Positions 1 to 12,335 of a DNA stretch of 64,000 nucleotides are shown here, one piece after another. Under the pieces are notes generated by a model. It made no database searches and was not told the origin of the DNA. It saw only the letters and a program-made list of their open reading frames with translations. Within the stretch, counting starts at the first letter, position 1. Each line of letters starts with the position of its first letter. Source of the stretch: Vermamoeba vermiformis (taxonomy: Eukaryota); contig JBEWZL010000064.1 of assembly GCA_045837725.1 (NCBI GenBank), forward strand, positions 62,001 to 126,000, given 5' to 3'. Position numbers and translations under genes: made by a program.

Positions 1-488
1 AGATCGGCTCATAAATAGTGCTACGCCTAGTTGTATGAACCATTGTGATGCAAGCACGAATAAATATACCACCTAAATAAAATAATTCAGGAAATTGCGA
101 GCGAGAGATCGATCTGGATGTCTGGAGCGATCTCTGGCGGTATTCCGCCTAAAAAATTCAAATAATTTTTATCTTGTAGTACACGTACCAGCCAAGCATA
201 ATACAGAGCGGATCCATCGGCTGTAGGCTTCGGCAGTAAATTTATGACAACGACCGCGACATATGTGAACGTCGCCAATAATACAAAATTATAATATAGA
301 GATATGTGGATCTCTAGGGTACTTCGCAGTTTAAATAATAAATATAATATAGAGAATAGGGTGAGCACGATAATAGCCGTTTCAAATACGGCCAGTCGAT
401 ATTGACCAATCTGCACTGTATACGAGACTATATGGCAGCACCCTATTGTATCATTCAATGACGTGCATGCGTCCTCGAGCTGAGGCAT
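1..488 (-). CDS. Multi-pass membrane protein, 5' part (runs off the left end); possibly 7TM/GPCR-like
   Basis: ATG 488, exon 1 to 189 with two hydrophobic helices, GTACGT donor at 188, TAG acceptor ~74, next exon reads VVYLFVLASQWFIQLGVALF. Confidence 0.6.
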
Positions 489-1036
489 TGATTTCCTTTT
501 GACAGACGAAGAAGAGTTAGATCGAATAAAATGTCAGGACAGGGGAATATTTTGAGTCTTATGGCGTTTACATATAAAATATTAGCTATTAATATTGTTA
601 CTTGATTTTTAAATTGATTAAATGAGAAACATTAACTCGGTTTTGAAATCTATTACGAAACATAATCAATAATTTGCATAATAATTATTCCCATTATTTT
701 AGCTGTTAAAATAATTTACTACATCGCATTATTATCGATAAAATTACTTACTATTGCTAATCTACAAAGCTTGTTTTTTAACGTTGAATATCGGCCATAA
801 AAATCAAAATATGCTACCTAAAGACACTCCACACGTGCAACTGTGTGCTATTGATCATTTGTCAAGCATAAGACAACATTGCTAAATTCGTTCTTCTTTT
901 CGAAATTTGGGCACGTGGCTTCAGAAGCTCCGAACATTCGAGTTTCAAAATTCGAGAACAGCTACCACAAATGCTACAAAATAACTAATAGCGAAAGCAT
1001 GATTTTAGTGCTTTGTTTTTATGTACATTTATCGAT

Positions 1037-2500
1037 TTACAGTTTGCTTTGAAGGATCTCGGCTTTTAAAGGTAACAATGCCTATTGTCGACATTAATGA
1101 ACTGTCTTGTTATGTATATACAATTATAGTTATCGTACCTCTACGGCTCGCTGCGCTAATATTTCAGGGATCTGCTGCGGCAAGAAATGATCGTTCTGCG
1201 GGAACATTTCTTTGTGGAATTCTTTGGCATTCGTAATACCATTTAAAGTTATATGCGAGTACTGCTCAGTCCACCAACTCTTGCCTCCGTACCACAGAAA
1301 CACTCGATTAGTCAACTTGTCCAAGTGTTGATTGAGGCCTGTTACGCCGCCCATTCTAAAGAATCCTGCTTCTGTGGCAGGCGCGCACTTCAAGAACAGC
1401 TTTCCGCTCGACGGGTCTTCTCTATAATATAATACCATTAGCTCGAGTGTGGTAACATAAGAGTGCTGGAAGACCAAAATGACACGTGTCATCAACATGT
1501 TCCCTGGAGCTCGTTTGAAGGACCGTACGAATTTCTCAATCGTCTTATGTAATATTATTAAGTTGTTATACGTACTTGAGTCCTTTGGTCATGTGAAGAT
1601 CAAAGATTCGCTTCTCCCATGTTGCGTACAACTCTTTCTTGCTTTTGAAGTTCTCGATCGCTTCTTGCATATTGTTGAACGACTCTTTTCTCTTCGCTGC
1701 TCTAATCGAAAATACAAAGTCATTTGCGTTGTATGGTGGGCCTGGCAGTATGACAGGCTCTGTTAATAGCAGCGTGTGGAACGTGCCCTTCGATATAATC
1801 TGCACACCGTCAGTTTAACAGCCGATCAAGCAATAAATGCGTACCTCTGCTGCGACTAGTGCTGCTGCTCCAAAGCTGTGTCCCATACCAACAAATGTCA
1901 ACGGACCTTTATATTTCTCTTTCAGGGCATTTATCACGAGTAATGTATCGATGGCGCTGATCCTAAAGAAAAAAATCGTGTGAATTAGACGCATGAAGAA
2001 AGATATAATATTTAAGCATTAGTACGCACCACCAATCTTGCATGTGCGGGTTTTCACCGAGCAAACTGTCACCGTGGCCTCGGTAATCAATGGTCGTTAT
2101 AGTCCAATCAAAACCAAGTTTACGCATATCATCGATTATAGGCTCCCATAGCTCTTTATGGAGTCCGTTTGCGTGGGCCTGAAAAAAAAATCAGATCACG
2201 GAGCGGAAGGTACGGCTACAGATCCCAACGTTTGGAAGTATTACCAAATGTCGAAAAGAATTATTTAAGCCAGTTTAAGCAATCGATACCATTAAAAGGA
2301 ACGATGACTTGAGCCATAATTTTAATAATTGAAAACTCAACAACAAAAAAATCAGAAAAATGTCGCTTAGGCAATTATAATTTAGAAAAGTGATCGCGTA
2401 CCATAATTAAGTGGTGCGTATTTCTTCCTTTGAATGTTTTAACCGCGAGTTGGATCCCTCCTCCAACAAGAACAGACCAATTCTCTACTTTATCTGCCAT
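1037..2500 (-). CDS. Peroxisomal alpha/beta hydrolase (Lpx1-like lipase/esterase), copy 1, 6 exons
   Basis: Spliced: MADKVENW...AHANGLHKELWEP...DYRGHGDS...GMGHSFG (nucleophile elbow)...DHFLPQQ...ILQSKL*; C-terminal SKL = PTS1. Confidence 0.85.
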
Positions 2501-2793
2501 TGAACTATTTATGTTGTTTACTCGCGTGGGTGATAATTTAAAACAGAATTTTATGGTTGAGCTTCGAAGCACAGACTGACTTCCGAAATTTCTTCTTCCG
2601 GCGTTCTACGTTTTGTGCACCATCTTCAGTCCGATCGTAAGTTGATTAGTTTTCCTCCAGTCCATTGTGTTTAGAAAGTGCCCAGTTTCGTGCACGAAAA
2701 TCACTAGGGACTGAAATATCTCGAAATTTTCCTTGGCCACTGAACTCAATTTGGCCCAGAAAAAATTTTCAGTAAAACGTAACGCTTAACGAT

Positions 2794-3804
2794 ATGGCTG
2801 ACAAAGATCACAACACGAGGGGCGGTTTTGTTGCGGATTTATTCGTGGGTGGTGTAGCAGCCGCTCTCGCAAAGACAGCTGTTGCTCCTGTTGAGCGAAT
2901 GAGGCTTTTGATTTCTTACCCGGTAGGCAGTCTCGTAATTTAAATAATGTTTTTGTGTATTTTTTTCTACATATTGTAAAACAGATCTGAATATTTGTCT
3001 CACTAACTAGTAATTCAGTACTATATGAAGCCATCTCTTCTGGACCCGATCAAATTTTTCCCCAGAGTTATCAAGGAAGAAGGAATTTCCGCATTGTGGC
3101 GAGGAAATCTGGTTAATGTTGTTCGTTACGTGCCGAATCAAGCCTTAAACTTCGCCTTCAAGGACTACTTCAAGAAAATGTTCGGCTACACCAAGGACAA
3201 GGACGGCTACTGGAAGTGGTTCACCGGTAACTTGGCTTCTGGTGGTGCTGCTGGTGCTGCTTCTTTGGCCTTCGTCTACTCTGTGGACTATGCCCGTACT
3301 CGTTTGGCTAACGACAACAAGTATGCCAAGAAGGGTGGTACTCGTCAATTCAATGGTCTCGCCGACTTCTACAAGAAGACCCTCGCTTCTGAAGGTGTTG
3401 CTGGATTGTACCGTGGTTTCATCATTTCTTGTGTTGGTGTCATCGTCTACCGGGGTTTGTACTTCGGTATGTTCGATTCCTTGAAGCCCGTGCTCTTGAC
3501 TGGCAACATGAAGGACTCCTTCATCGCCTCCTTCTTCTTGGGTTGGGGTGTCACCATCGGTGCTGGTATCGCTTCTTACCCGATCGATACTGTCCGCAGA
3601 CGTATGATGATGACTTATGGTGAAGCTGTCAAGTACAAGAGCTCTATGCACGCCCTCGTTGAAATCACCAAGAAGGAAGGTACTAGGTCTCTCTTCAAGG
3701 GCGCTGGTGCCAACATTTTGAGAGCCGTCGCTGGTGCCGGTGTCTTGGCCGGTTACGACAAGTTGCAAATGATCTTCGGCAGGAACCCTGAAGACCTACG
3801 GTAG
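2794..3804 (+). CDS. ANT: Mitochondrial ADP/ATP carrier
   Basis: Exon 1 2794-2922 ([17 protein letters not shown]), intron 2923-3018, exon 2 with LWRGN, [14 protein letters not shown] and RRRMMM signature. Confidence 0.95.
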
Positions 3805-3882
3805 CGGTGGTGGTGGGTAAATTTATTTGTAAATGAACTTCCACTCGATTGCAATTGTATCGTGAATATTCAATAAAACCCT

Positions 3883-4111
3883 GGTGCTTCTTATCCAATT
3901 GACGTGACGCGAAGACACACCACGGAGATTACCAACAACCAAGTGAAGTACCACAGTTCAATGCACGCTGTTGTGGAACTTGTCAAGCAGACAGGTGTCA
4001 AGTCTTTGTTCAAAGTGTTGGCGTACACTACTGCGATCACTCGCCGGTGCTGCAGCATTGGCTTGCTACGACTTGATGCAGAAGATTTGTAAGCAAGACC
4101 CACAGTACTAG
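3883..4111 (+). pseudogene. Degenerate duplicate of the ADP/ATP carrier 3' end
   Basis: ASYPIDVTRRH...VKYHSSMHAVVELVKQTGVKSLFK then, after a net 2-nt loss, LRSLAGAAALACYDLMQKICKQDPQY*; colinear with the ANT C-terminus, RRRMMM lost. Confidence 0.8.
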
Positions 4112-4150
4112 GTAAATAAAGAAGGGCCTAACGTACCCTTGCTCGAGTAT

Positions 4151-5514
4151 TTACAACTTGCTTCGTGTTGTCAGCTGCAACAATGGAGTCAATGCCTAAG
4201 ATCGGTTAGAATGGTAAGAATATCGAATTTGAAAGGCACGTACTTCTAAAGTCTTTTCGGCGATGATTACAGGCTTCTGTTGTGGGATGAAAGTGGTCAG
4301 TGTTCAAGAACTCTTCGGCGAAGAACTCCTTGGCGTGTCTCAGCTCAGTGTACAGCACTGGAATGAACGCTGATGGCCACCAACTCTTCTCGCCGTACCA
4401 AATAAACACTCGGTTATTCAGTTTGTGCAAGTGTTTATCTAAGCCAACTGCTCCTCCGCTTTTGAAGCACCACTCCTCCGTTGATGGCGCGCACTTCAAG
4501 AACAGCTTTCCACTTGACGGATCCTCTCTATAGTATCATACCATCAGATCGAATCTTACAAAAATGTCGGCACATTAGATACGGAATTGATGACAGACGT
4601 ACCTGAGTCCTTTGGTCATGTGAAGATCAAAGCACCGTTTCTCCCATGTTGCGTACAACTCTTTCTTGCTCTTGAAGTTCTCGATCGCTTCTTGCATGTT
4701 GTTGAACGATTCTTTTCTCTTCGCTGCAATGACTGAGAACGGGAAGTCATCGACATTGTACGGTGCTGAACGGATCACGGGCTCGATCAAAAGCAACGTG
4801 TGGAACGTGCCTTTAGCTATTACCTAGTATGCCACAAGTAAGATCATGTACTGTCAATATTGTGCTATCATACATACCTCTGCTATCATGAGCACTGAGG
4901 CACCAAAACTGTGGCCGAGACCAACAAATGTTATCGGGCCTTTGTACTTTTCTTTCAGCGCATTTATCACTAACAATGTATCCAATGCACTTATCCTATT
5001 ATAGATATATTAAATTGATATCCGAGAGCAGTGAGCTACTTACCACCAATCCTGATGCGGAGGGTTTTCACCGAGCAAACTGTCACCGTGACCTCTGAAG
5101 TCAAAGGTCGTTATTGTCCAATCCAGACCACGGGCCCTTAGCTCGTCGATGATTGGCTCCCATAGCTCTTTATGAAGCCCATTAGCGTGTGTCTGAAAAA
5201 CAAAATCAGATCACGGAGCGGAAGGTACCGGGACAGATCCCGATTGATATTGCTGATTAATCATTCAAAAATAGACAATATAAATAATATTATTTAGTCC
5301 TATTGTTTGGAAGTTGCTTTACACGCTTAACGAATTTAAATTGCATCCATCAAACTTGCAACCTTGAGGGCAAACAAAGATATCTTTGTGATAAATTTAT
5401 TTTCATAATGCTTACCATAATTATGTGGTGCGAATCTCGTCCTTTGAATGTTTTAACCGCGAGTTGGATCCCGCCCCCAACAAGAACAGACCAATTTTCT
5501 ACGTTAGCTGCCAT
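4151..5514 (-). CDS. Peroxisomal alpha/beta hydrolase, copy 2 (apparent +1 frameshift at 4290-4292)
   Basis: Same exon structure as copy 1; HANGLHKELWEP, RGHGDS, GLGHSFG, final exon ALTPLLQLTTRSKL*. Confidence 0.8.
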
Positions 5515-5678
5515 TTCTCAATAAGTTAACTACCAAAAACTACAACCTTTTGATGTGTTGAACAGTATTTCACAATTAAAAAATTCACTCTAGGTCCAGA
5601 CGAGTCAAAATCCCTGGTTGGGCGAGCCAACTGCATTTTTTCACCGTAGATCGTGCAACAACACTAATTGTTCCATAA

Positions 5679-6679
5679 ATGCTTTCTAGGAATCACTTCA
5701 TACAAGTTGCACGTCTACTTACGTCTGGAAAGCGCGGTCTTTCTCGTGCTCAAAGATCGTGCATCAATGTCGTTACCTTTCGCCACTTTAACTCCTCAAT
5801 AAAGCCACAACAGAATGCTGAACAGCCTGAACAAAATATTACCAAGCCTCCAACACAAAATAAGCCCAAGAAATACTCTAACAAATTATTTGACCAAGTC
5901 AAATCCAAATCTCTTGGTAAACAGAAGAAAGACCCTGACACGCTTGTTTATGAATTGAAAAAGGATAACGGAAATGCTATTATGGCCAACACATTATTTA
6001 CTCTTGCGGCTGTAAGTTTATAACAAATAGATCTACTTTTTTCGTTCACGAATATTTATTTTAATACACACAGTTGAATGTTATCGTGCAAAATTAGTTG
6101 TATCATATTTATAACACGCATACATATATATTAAAAATATTTTGAGCAAATTTATTACTCGATGAAGTCACTAACAGATCTCAGTTTCCAGTACACGCAT
6201 GGGGCTTCATGACACTGACAGACAAGCACCTCCTCTTCTTCCCATTGTCATTTAGTATCTTATGGCTATATTACAGTATTAAAAAGGCCCACAGTCAAGT
6301 CAAGAGGCTAACTTTTGTTTCGATCCCCGTTGAACGTAAAACCGATCCAAAGCAAGCAGACTCAACGACTTATACGGAATATATTGACGGAGTTCAAATA
6401 ACAACATATAATGCCCTCGGTCGCGAGCGATCAGTCACAGTACCTCGACTGCAGATCAAGCCTCTGCTCGATGATGTCGATCAATCGGTGCCCATTCGTC
6501 ACTTCAAAGTGATGGAGAAGACCGCGCTGCCCTATCTCAGTGCCGAGGAGAACAGTTCTATTGAAAAAGCAAATACGAATAAGAATTCTCTAGTGCGTGC
6601 CACTCAGTACTCGATCGACTTGAAGAAAGGCGAGACAAAACGGCCAGATCTGTTTACTTTGTTCTTGCATGGCATGTAA
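5679..6679 (+). CDS. Probable mitochondrial membrane protein (TMEM70/186/223-like)
   Basis: R/S/L-rich presequence-like N-terminus; exons 5679-6011 and 6185-6679 join in frame; two hydrophobic segments then VKRLTF...ITTYNALGRERSVTVP. Confidence 0.5.
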
Positions 6680-6924
6680 TGGTCTTAGTAAGATATACAG
6701 ATGTAAATAAACGAAATTTCAGCACATTCCTGTCCCGTTTTCGTCCGATCTTCGAAATTGAAGGGATCGCGCAATTTTATTTGAAAGGCGCCTTTTCAAA
6801 GGACATATTTAAGCCGAATTCAGATTACATGGTGCTTTAAAATCTTTGTTGGTTGCATAAGAAACTGTTTGAGTCATTAGCGACATTTATAACTATTTTT
6901 TTTGATCGGTGACAACAGCCCACG

Positions 6925-9900
6925 ATGGATTTGATGTCGCAGTGGCAGCAAAGCGAGATGTTCTCGCAGGGGCTCAATCCTCAAGAAGATGTGAGGAACA
7001 TCGAGGATGAGAACCCTATTTTTAAGACCACTCGCGTCGACTTTGAACCTCCACATGAAATCTGCTCATTGGTCACCAGCAATAATACTCTTATAATGGG
7101 CTTTACAAACTCACATATTATTCGATTGAATTTGGCTGATGCCGAGGAGCTTGAAGGTAAGTATTGATTAATTATGAAAATTCAAACGAAATATGTAAAA
7201 AATAATTTCAAAGCATATTAACGTGCGTTACAAGCGCAAAAATTATAACCAGTAATCACCTAAATAATACTCATTTTTTCCCATTACTTGCAATTAATTG
7301 AATCGATCTGTCAGATCTAAATATCTTCCAATCAAATTTAATCCGAATAATTAAAAAACTAACGATTGTATAATAAATCATAGCAAATTGCATTTCTAAT
7401 AATTATTATTACACAGATATTGAAATATCCAAGAAGCCAAACCAGATTCGCGAGCTGTTTCTTGATCCAACAGGCAATCACCTTGTTATAGCCTCAGTAT
7501 CAGATGAAAATTATTATATTCACTCGAGCTGGAAGAAACCAAAGCTATTAAGCAAATTGAAGGGCGAATCCATCACCGCGATTGCTTGGGACAAAAATAA
7601 TCGAGACACAATGGCCACTCATGCATTTTTAGTGGGCACGGCTACTGGTCAGATTATAGAGACCTCTATTGAAGCCAAGGAACATTTCTTCGTCGCTGGC
7701 AAAGAAAAATACGCCAAGGTACTGCACACGATCCCGCCAGACAATCGTGGCAAAGTGTGGCCTATTACTGGCTTGTATTGGTACGTCAATATATGATATA
7801 TCACATAATTTCCAAATATTTTGTGGCCTCGTGTTCAAATTGTCAGATCAGCTACTTACAGCAAGATTTTTATAATAGGGAGAGATATGCCCAACAAGGC
7901 GCTAGTATTGACATGTCAGGCCCGGTGTCTAATAACGATGGCGTGCCTGAGCCTTCACAAAGACTCGTTGTGTTCGCGTCCACAGCGCGTATCATCCACC
8001 AGTTCATCGGTGGTCCGTCACTCGAGGCCTTGTTTGCCAAGTACGAACAAATGCCTGGATATCAATTAGAGCCGCCAGGTACGTGTCATAATATCTTATC
8101 GCAGCCTTGACTGTGCTTCACAACGCTTGAAAAATCTTTCCAAAAAAGGCAAGTCTAACGAGTACTTCGCAGAGGGTCCGCTCGACTACAGCTCGTTGCA
8201 CATCTTCGCTAAGAAGATCAAAGAAGGTGTGCCGCCACTGCCAGCCTTGGCTTGTTTGATGGGCCCTGGTATCTTCCGCGGTGACATTATGTTTTCAGCA
8301 CACGCAGACTCACCTACTGGTCTGCTGTCTGACACCAACCTCGTGGCCCTCGAACAAATTACAGTTAAAGAAACCGTGCCTGAGCCCAAGCCTACTAACA
8401 CGAGAGATGTTGGTCTCAATCGATTGGGTGACGCTTTTGCTGGTGAGTATACATTCTCATACTATTCAAGACACAACGCTAATCCTTGTCTCTCTCTGCA
8501 GGCGTTGGTCTTAACAACAATAACAACACCAATCAACGACGAGGACAGCCTCAAGCGACGCTGCAGCTACCACTGGCCATGTGCGTGTCAGCGTTCCACT
8601 TCTTGCTCTTGTTCCAAAACAAGGTCACCGCAGTGTCCACCCTCAACACTGAGCCACAATGGGAGCACGTGTTCCGCACATTTGACAACAAGCCCTTGAA
8701 GATGAAGGGTCTCGCACGTGATCCTATGCACGGCGTGACATTTGTGTACAGCGCCAATCACGTGTTTGAAGTGCACGTGTCTGACGAGGACCGCAATGTG
8801 TGGAAGATGTACTTGCAGAAGAAACAATTTGACGCCGCGATTAGTTTCTGCAAAGAGCCCTGGCAACGCGACATTGTGTACACGGCACAAGCTGAACACT
8901 TGTTCAATGGCAAGCAGTACGAGGACGCAGCAGTCTACTACGCTAAAACAACAAAATCATTCGAGGAAATCACGCTCAAATTTATTCACATTGGTCAACG
9001 CGATGCTTTGAGAACGTTCTTGAAGCAGAAATTGAACTTTATCAAGACCCGCGAAGTGACGCAATTAACCATCATTTGCACGTGGTTGACTGAGATGTAT
9101 TTGAACAAACTCAACGACCTCGAGACGAACAACAACTTGACGGCCATGCGTGCCATCGAGGACGAGTTCAAAGAGTTCATGACGCGGTACCACGAGTTCA
9201 TGAACCCGAGCACGACCTTCAATCTCATGAGCAGTCACGGCAGAACTAATTCGCTTTTGTTCTATGCCAACTTGATCAAGGACACGGAACGAGGTATGTT
9301 TCATATGAACGAGAGTTGTACGATGTTTATTAACGACTGGTGCAGTGCTGGTGCATCACATCAATCAAAACCGATACAAAGAGGCCATTGAAGTGTTGAA
9401 ACAGCGTGAGAATGAGCTCAAGGACCCGAGCTCGCACGGCATTTATTACAAATACGCCTCGGCTTTGTTAGTCCACGAGCCCAGTCTGACCACAGCGCTG
9501 TTGATCAAGAGTCCTTGGCTCGAGCCGCGCTTGTTGTTGCCAGCCTGGATGCATTATCAACAACAGCTGCAAGTGACACGCAAGGCCCCGATTGGATTCA
9601 AGGCCACGGGAGTGAAGAGCAACAATGTGGACCTGAACGTGCAAGAGAACTACGCCGTGAAGTACTTTGAATGGGCCGTGACGCGCTTGAAGAGCACTGA
9701 CATGGCCGTGCACAACTACTTGTTGTCACTTTACGTGGAATTGCCCGATCAAGCACCGCTCATCAGCTTCATCAAGCAGCGCGACACTTACTTTGACTTA
9801 GAGTACGCGCTTCGTTTGTGCACCAAGTACAACAAGACACACGCTTGCGTGCTATTGTACAGGTAAGTCAACTTTGAAACTTGAAACTTGCGAGCAGATC

Positions 9901-10770
9901 TAACCAGATCTGAAATAGTAAAATGGGCATGTACGAAGAGGCAGTTGACTTGGCACTCAAAGTCGATATTGAGCTCGCCAGACAGAATGCTAACATGCCT
10001 GAAGACGACGTTGAACTGCGCAAGAAGTTGTGGCTGAGAATTGCTCGTCACGTGGTCGAAGAAGAGAAGAACATTAAGAAGGCAATGAACGTGTTGAATG
10101 ACTGCGATCTCTTGAAGATTGAAGACATTTTGCCGTTCTTCCCTGACTTCGTGCTGATCGATGACTTCAAGGTACGGCCCGTCTATTCGAGTGACACGTG
10201 TCACTTTGTATTTTTTCACGTGTCATCACAAAGTTCAGATCTGACGTGTCATTGTATTAATAGGAAGAAATTTGCCACTCACTCGAAGACTACAACAAGC
10301 ACATTGAGGACTTGAAGACAGAAATGGTGTCCGCGACGAACAGTGCTGAGCTCATTCGCAAGGACATCAAAGATCTGCGCAACAAGTACGGCTTTGTCAC
10401 TGGTGCTCAAAAGTGCGAAGTGTGCCGATACCCCGTGCTCACGCGCTCGTTCTATCTCTTCCCTTGCCAACACGTGTTCCACACTTCGTGCTTGGTCGAT
10501 GAAATTTCAAAGCACCTTGATGCCGTCAAACTCCGTCGCTTGCAAGATCTGCAACGCCGAGTCAAAGAACTTGCGACTATTCAAGACAACGCGAATAACA
10601 ACGCGCCTAACGGAACTCTCAACGGTCTCTCAGAAGACGATCAAGTGCGCGAGGAGTTTGATCGCATGGTCGCCTCAGAGTGCATTTTGTGCGGTGACGT
10701 GATGATCAAATCAATTGTCAAGCCGTTCATCACCGCTGACGATGCAGATCTCAAGGGCTGGGAGATCTAA
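6925..10770 (+). CDS. VPS18: Vacuolar protein sorting 18 (HOPS/CORVET subunit)
   Basis: FLDPTGNHL, DEDRNVWKMYL, SFEEITLKF, TWLTEMYL, LKIEDILPFFPDFVLIDDFK, C-terminal RING (CEVC...FPCQHVFH...ASECILCG); multi-exon. Confidence 0.95.
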
Positions 10771-10812
10771 AACAAATTCTTTTTGTGAATAAAAATTTGC
10801 TCGTTCAATTTA

Positions 10813-12206
10813 TTAAAACCAATCGCCCTTGAATGAATAAGGAGGCAGTATAACACGTGTGAGGTGGGGAAATCTGATCAGCGAATAAGTCATCTCTGCG
10901 ATGCGACGGCTGACTGACGTACTGAAGTCGAGTGAGCGCAAGTTGGTGAGATGTTCGCCCAACACAGTGAGCACTTGATCGACATCTGACATACCACCCA
11001 GCTCAAGGGCACGGAGCTTTCGCAGTTTTGTCAGGAGTGGCACAGCTTGCTCTTGCGTGAACGTCCAGCGAACACTAAAACTGAGTGACACGAGTGAAGT
11101 GATCGACATCAACGCTGCCTTCAATTGGTCGCTGTAGATGCTAGCGCCTATTGCATGTAATTCCTGCAACTGAGTGAGCTTTGCGAGGCCATTTAAATAT
11201 CCAAGAAAGCTCTTGGCTGAGAGGTGAGTCAACGCAGTGCAGCGTGCCATAAACTCGTCAGTTGTGCATGTGTGAAATCTTGAATTGTCCAGAGACAGCC
11301 TTTCTAGATTAGGCAAAGCTGTGAGGCGCAAAAGTAAAGATCCGTCGAGGACTGAATCGTTGAGTGTGAGTCGTGTGACACGTGTCAAAGTACCGCTGGG
11401 AATGTCAAATGTGTTGTGTACGCGTAAGGTGCAAGTCAAGAACTTCCAGATTAGCGAAGCGAGCCCAGAGCTGCGGCTCCCAGAGGAACTTGTTCGAGAT
11501 CTCGAGCTTGAGCGCGGTCAACTGTGTCAAGTCTTGAATGGGCCGCAGTGACTGCGTTTCATCGCCTAGAAGCAACGCGCGCAGTGGTTGGATCCGCGTT
11601 AGATGGATCAAATGATGATCGGGCAAGTAGGTAACAGCAGTCACGTCTAAAGACTCTAGATTCGAAAATCGTGCGCAGAGTTCGTCAAAGTTGATCAGAC
11701 TCAGATCTGCGCCGCGTAGACTCAGCGAACGAAGGCGCGTCAGATGTGACGTTTGCAGGACTTCTTTGAGTTGATAGTTATGGAAGTGTGAGTTTGGCAA
11801 CTCTAATTTTTGTAGGTTGAATGCTTGAGACACGAGCCACTTGAAGCGTGAGTATTTGATCGAGACAGATCCAAACTCTAGCGAGGCAATATAGTGCAGA
11901 CCTCGTGTAAACGAGGCATGATCTGCAATAAAGAACCTAAAATAAACATTAGTATTTTGCAAATTGATTGCCCAACAAAAAAACTTTTTAGGAAAGCAAG
12001 AAGAATGTTGGATCGCATCATTGCTGCTCAATAAATCTAATTTAATTTAAAATCCTTGTCATTTATGAGTAATACATTATTTATCACTATGATTTAAAGC
12101 ATTATCGAGCTTACCTAATGAGATCGCGATGTGGAACATAACCTAAGATAATCGAAAGTATTTCATTCGGAACGCTTGTAAACCCGTTACTGTGACATTC
12201 TGTCAT
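10813..12206 (-). CDS. F-box/LRR protein (frame change near 11410-11440)
   Basis: Exon 1 12206-12115 FTSVPNEILSIILGYVPHRDLI (F-box-like); exon 2 has LxxLxxLxL repeats split over two overlapping ORFs. Confidence 0.75.
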
Positions 12207-12335
12207 CAGTATGGTATTTAAAAATAATGTTTTCCATGCCCGCGAGACCAATTTGTTCAAAATTTTATCAATTTTAGATCTGACCACGTGCTAAGATCTC
12301 ACAAGCTATGTACAAATGAACCTAATGAATCTTTC

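Noticed and set aside
2191-2226. TPP riboswitch or C/D snoRNA in the hydrolase intron
   Set aside because: TPP core motifs absent; no shared box C; kept only as a conserved element
3145-3768. 207-aa antisense ORF over ANT
   Set aside because: Codon-bias shadow limited to the biased segment
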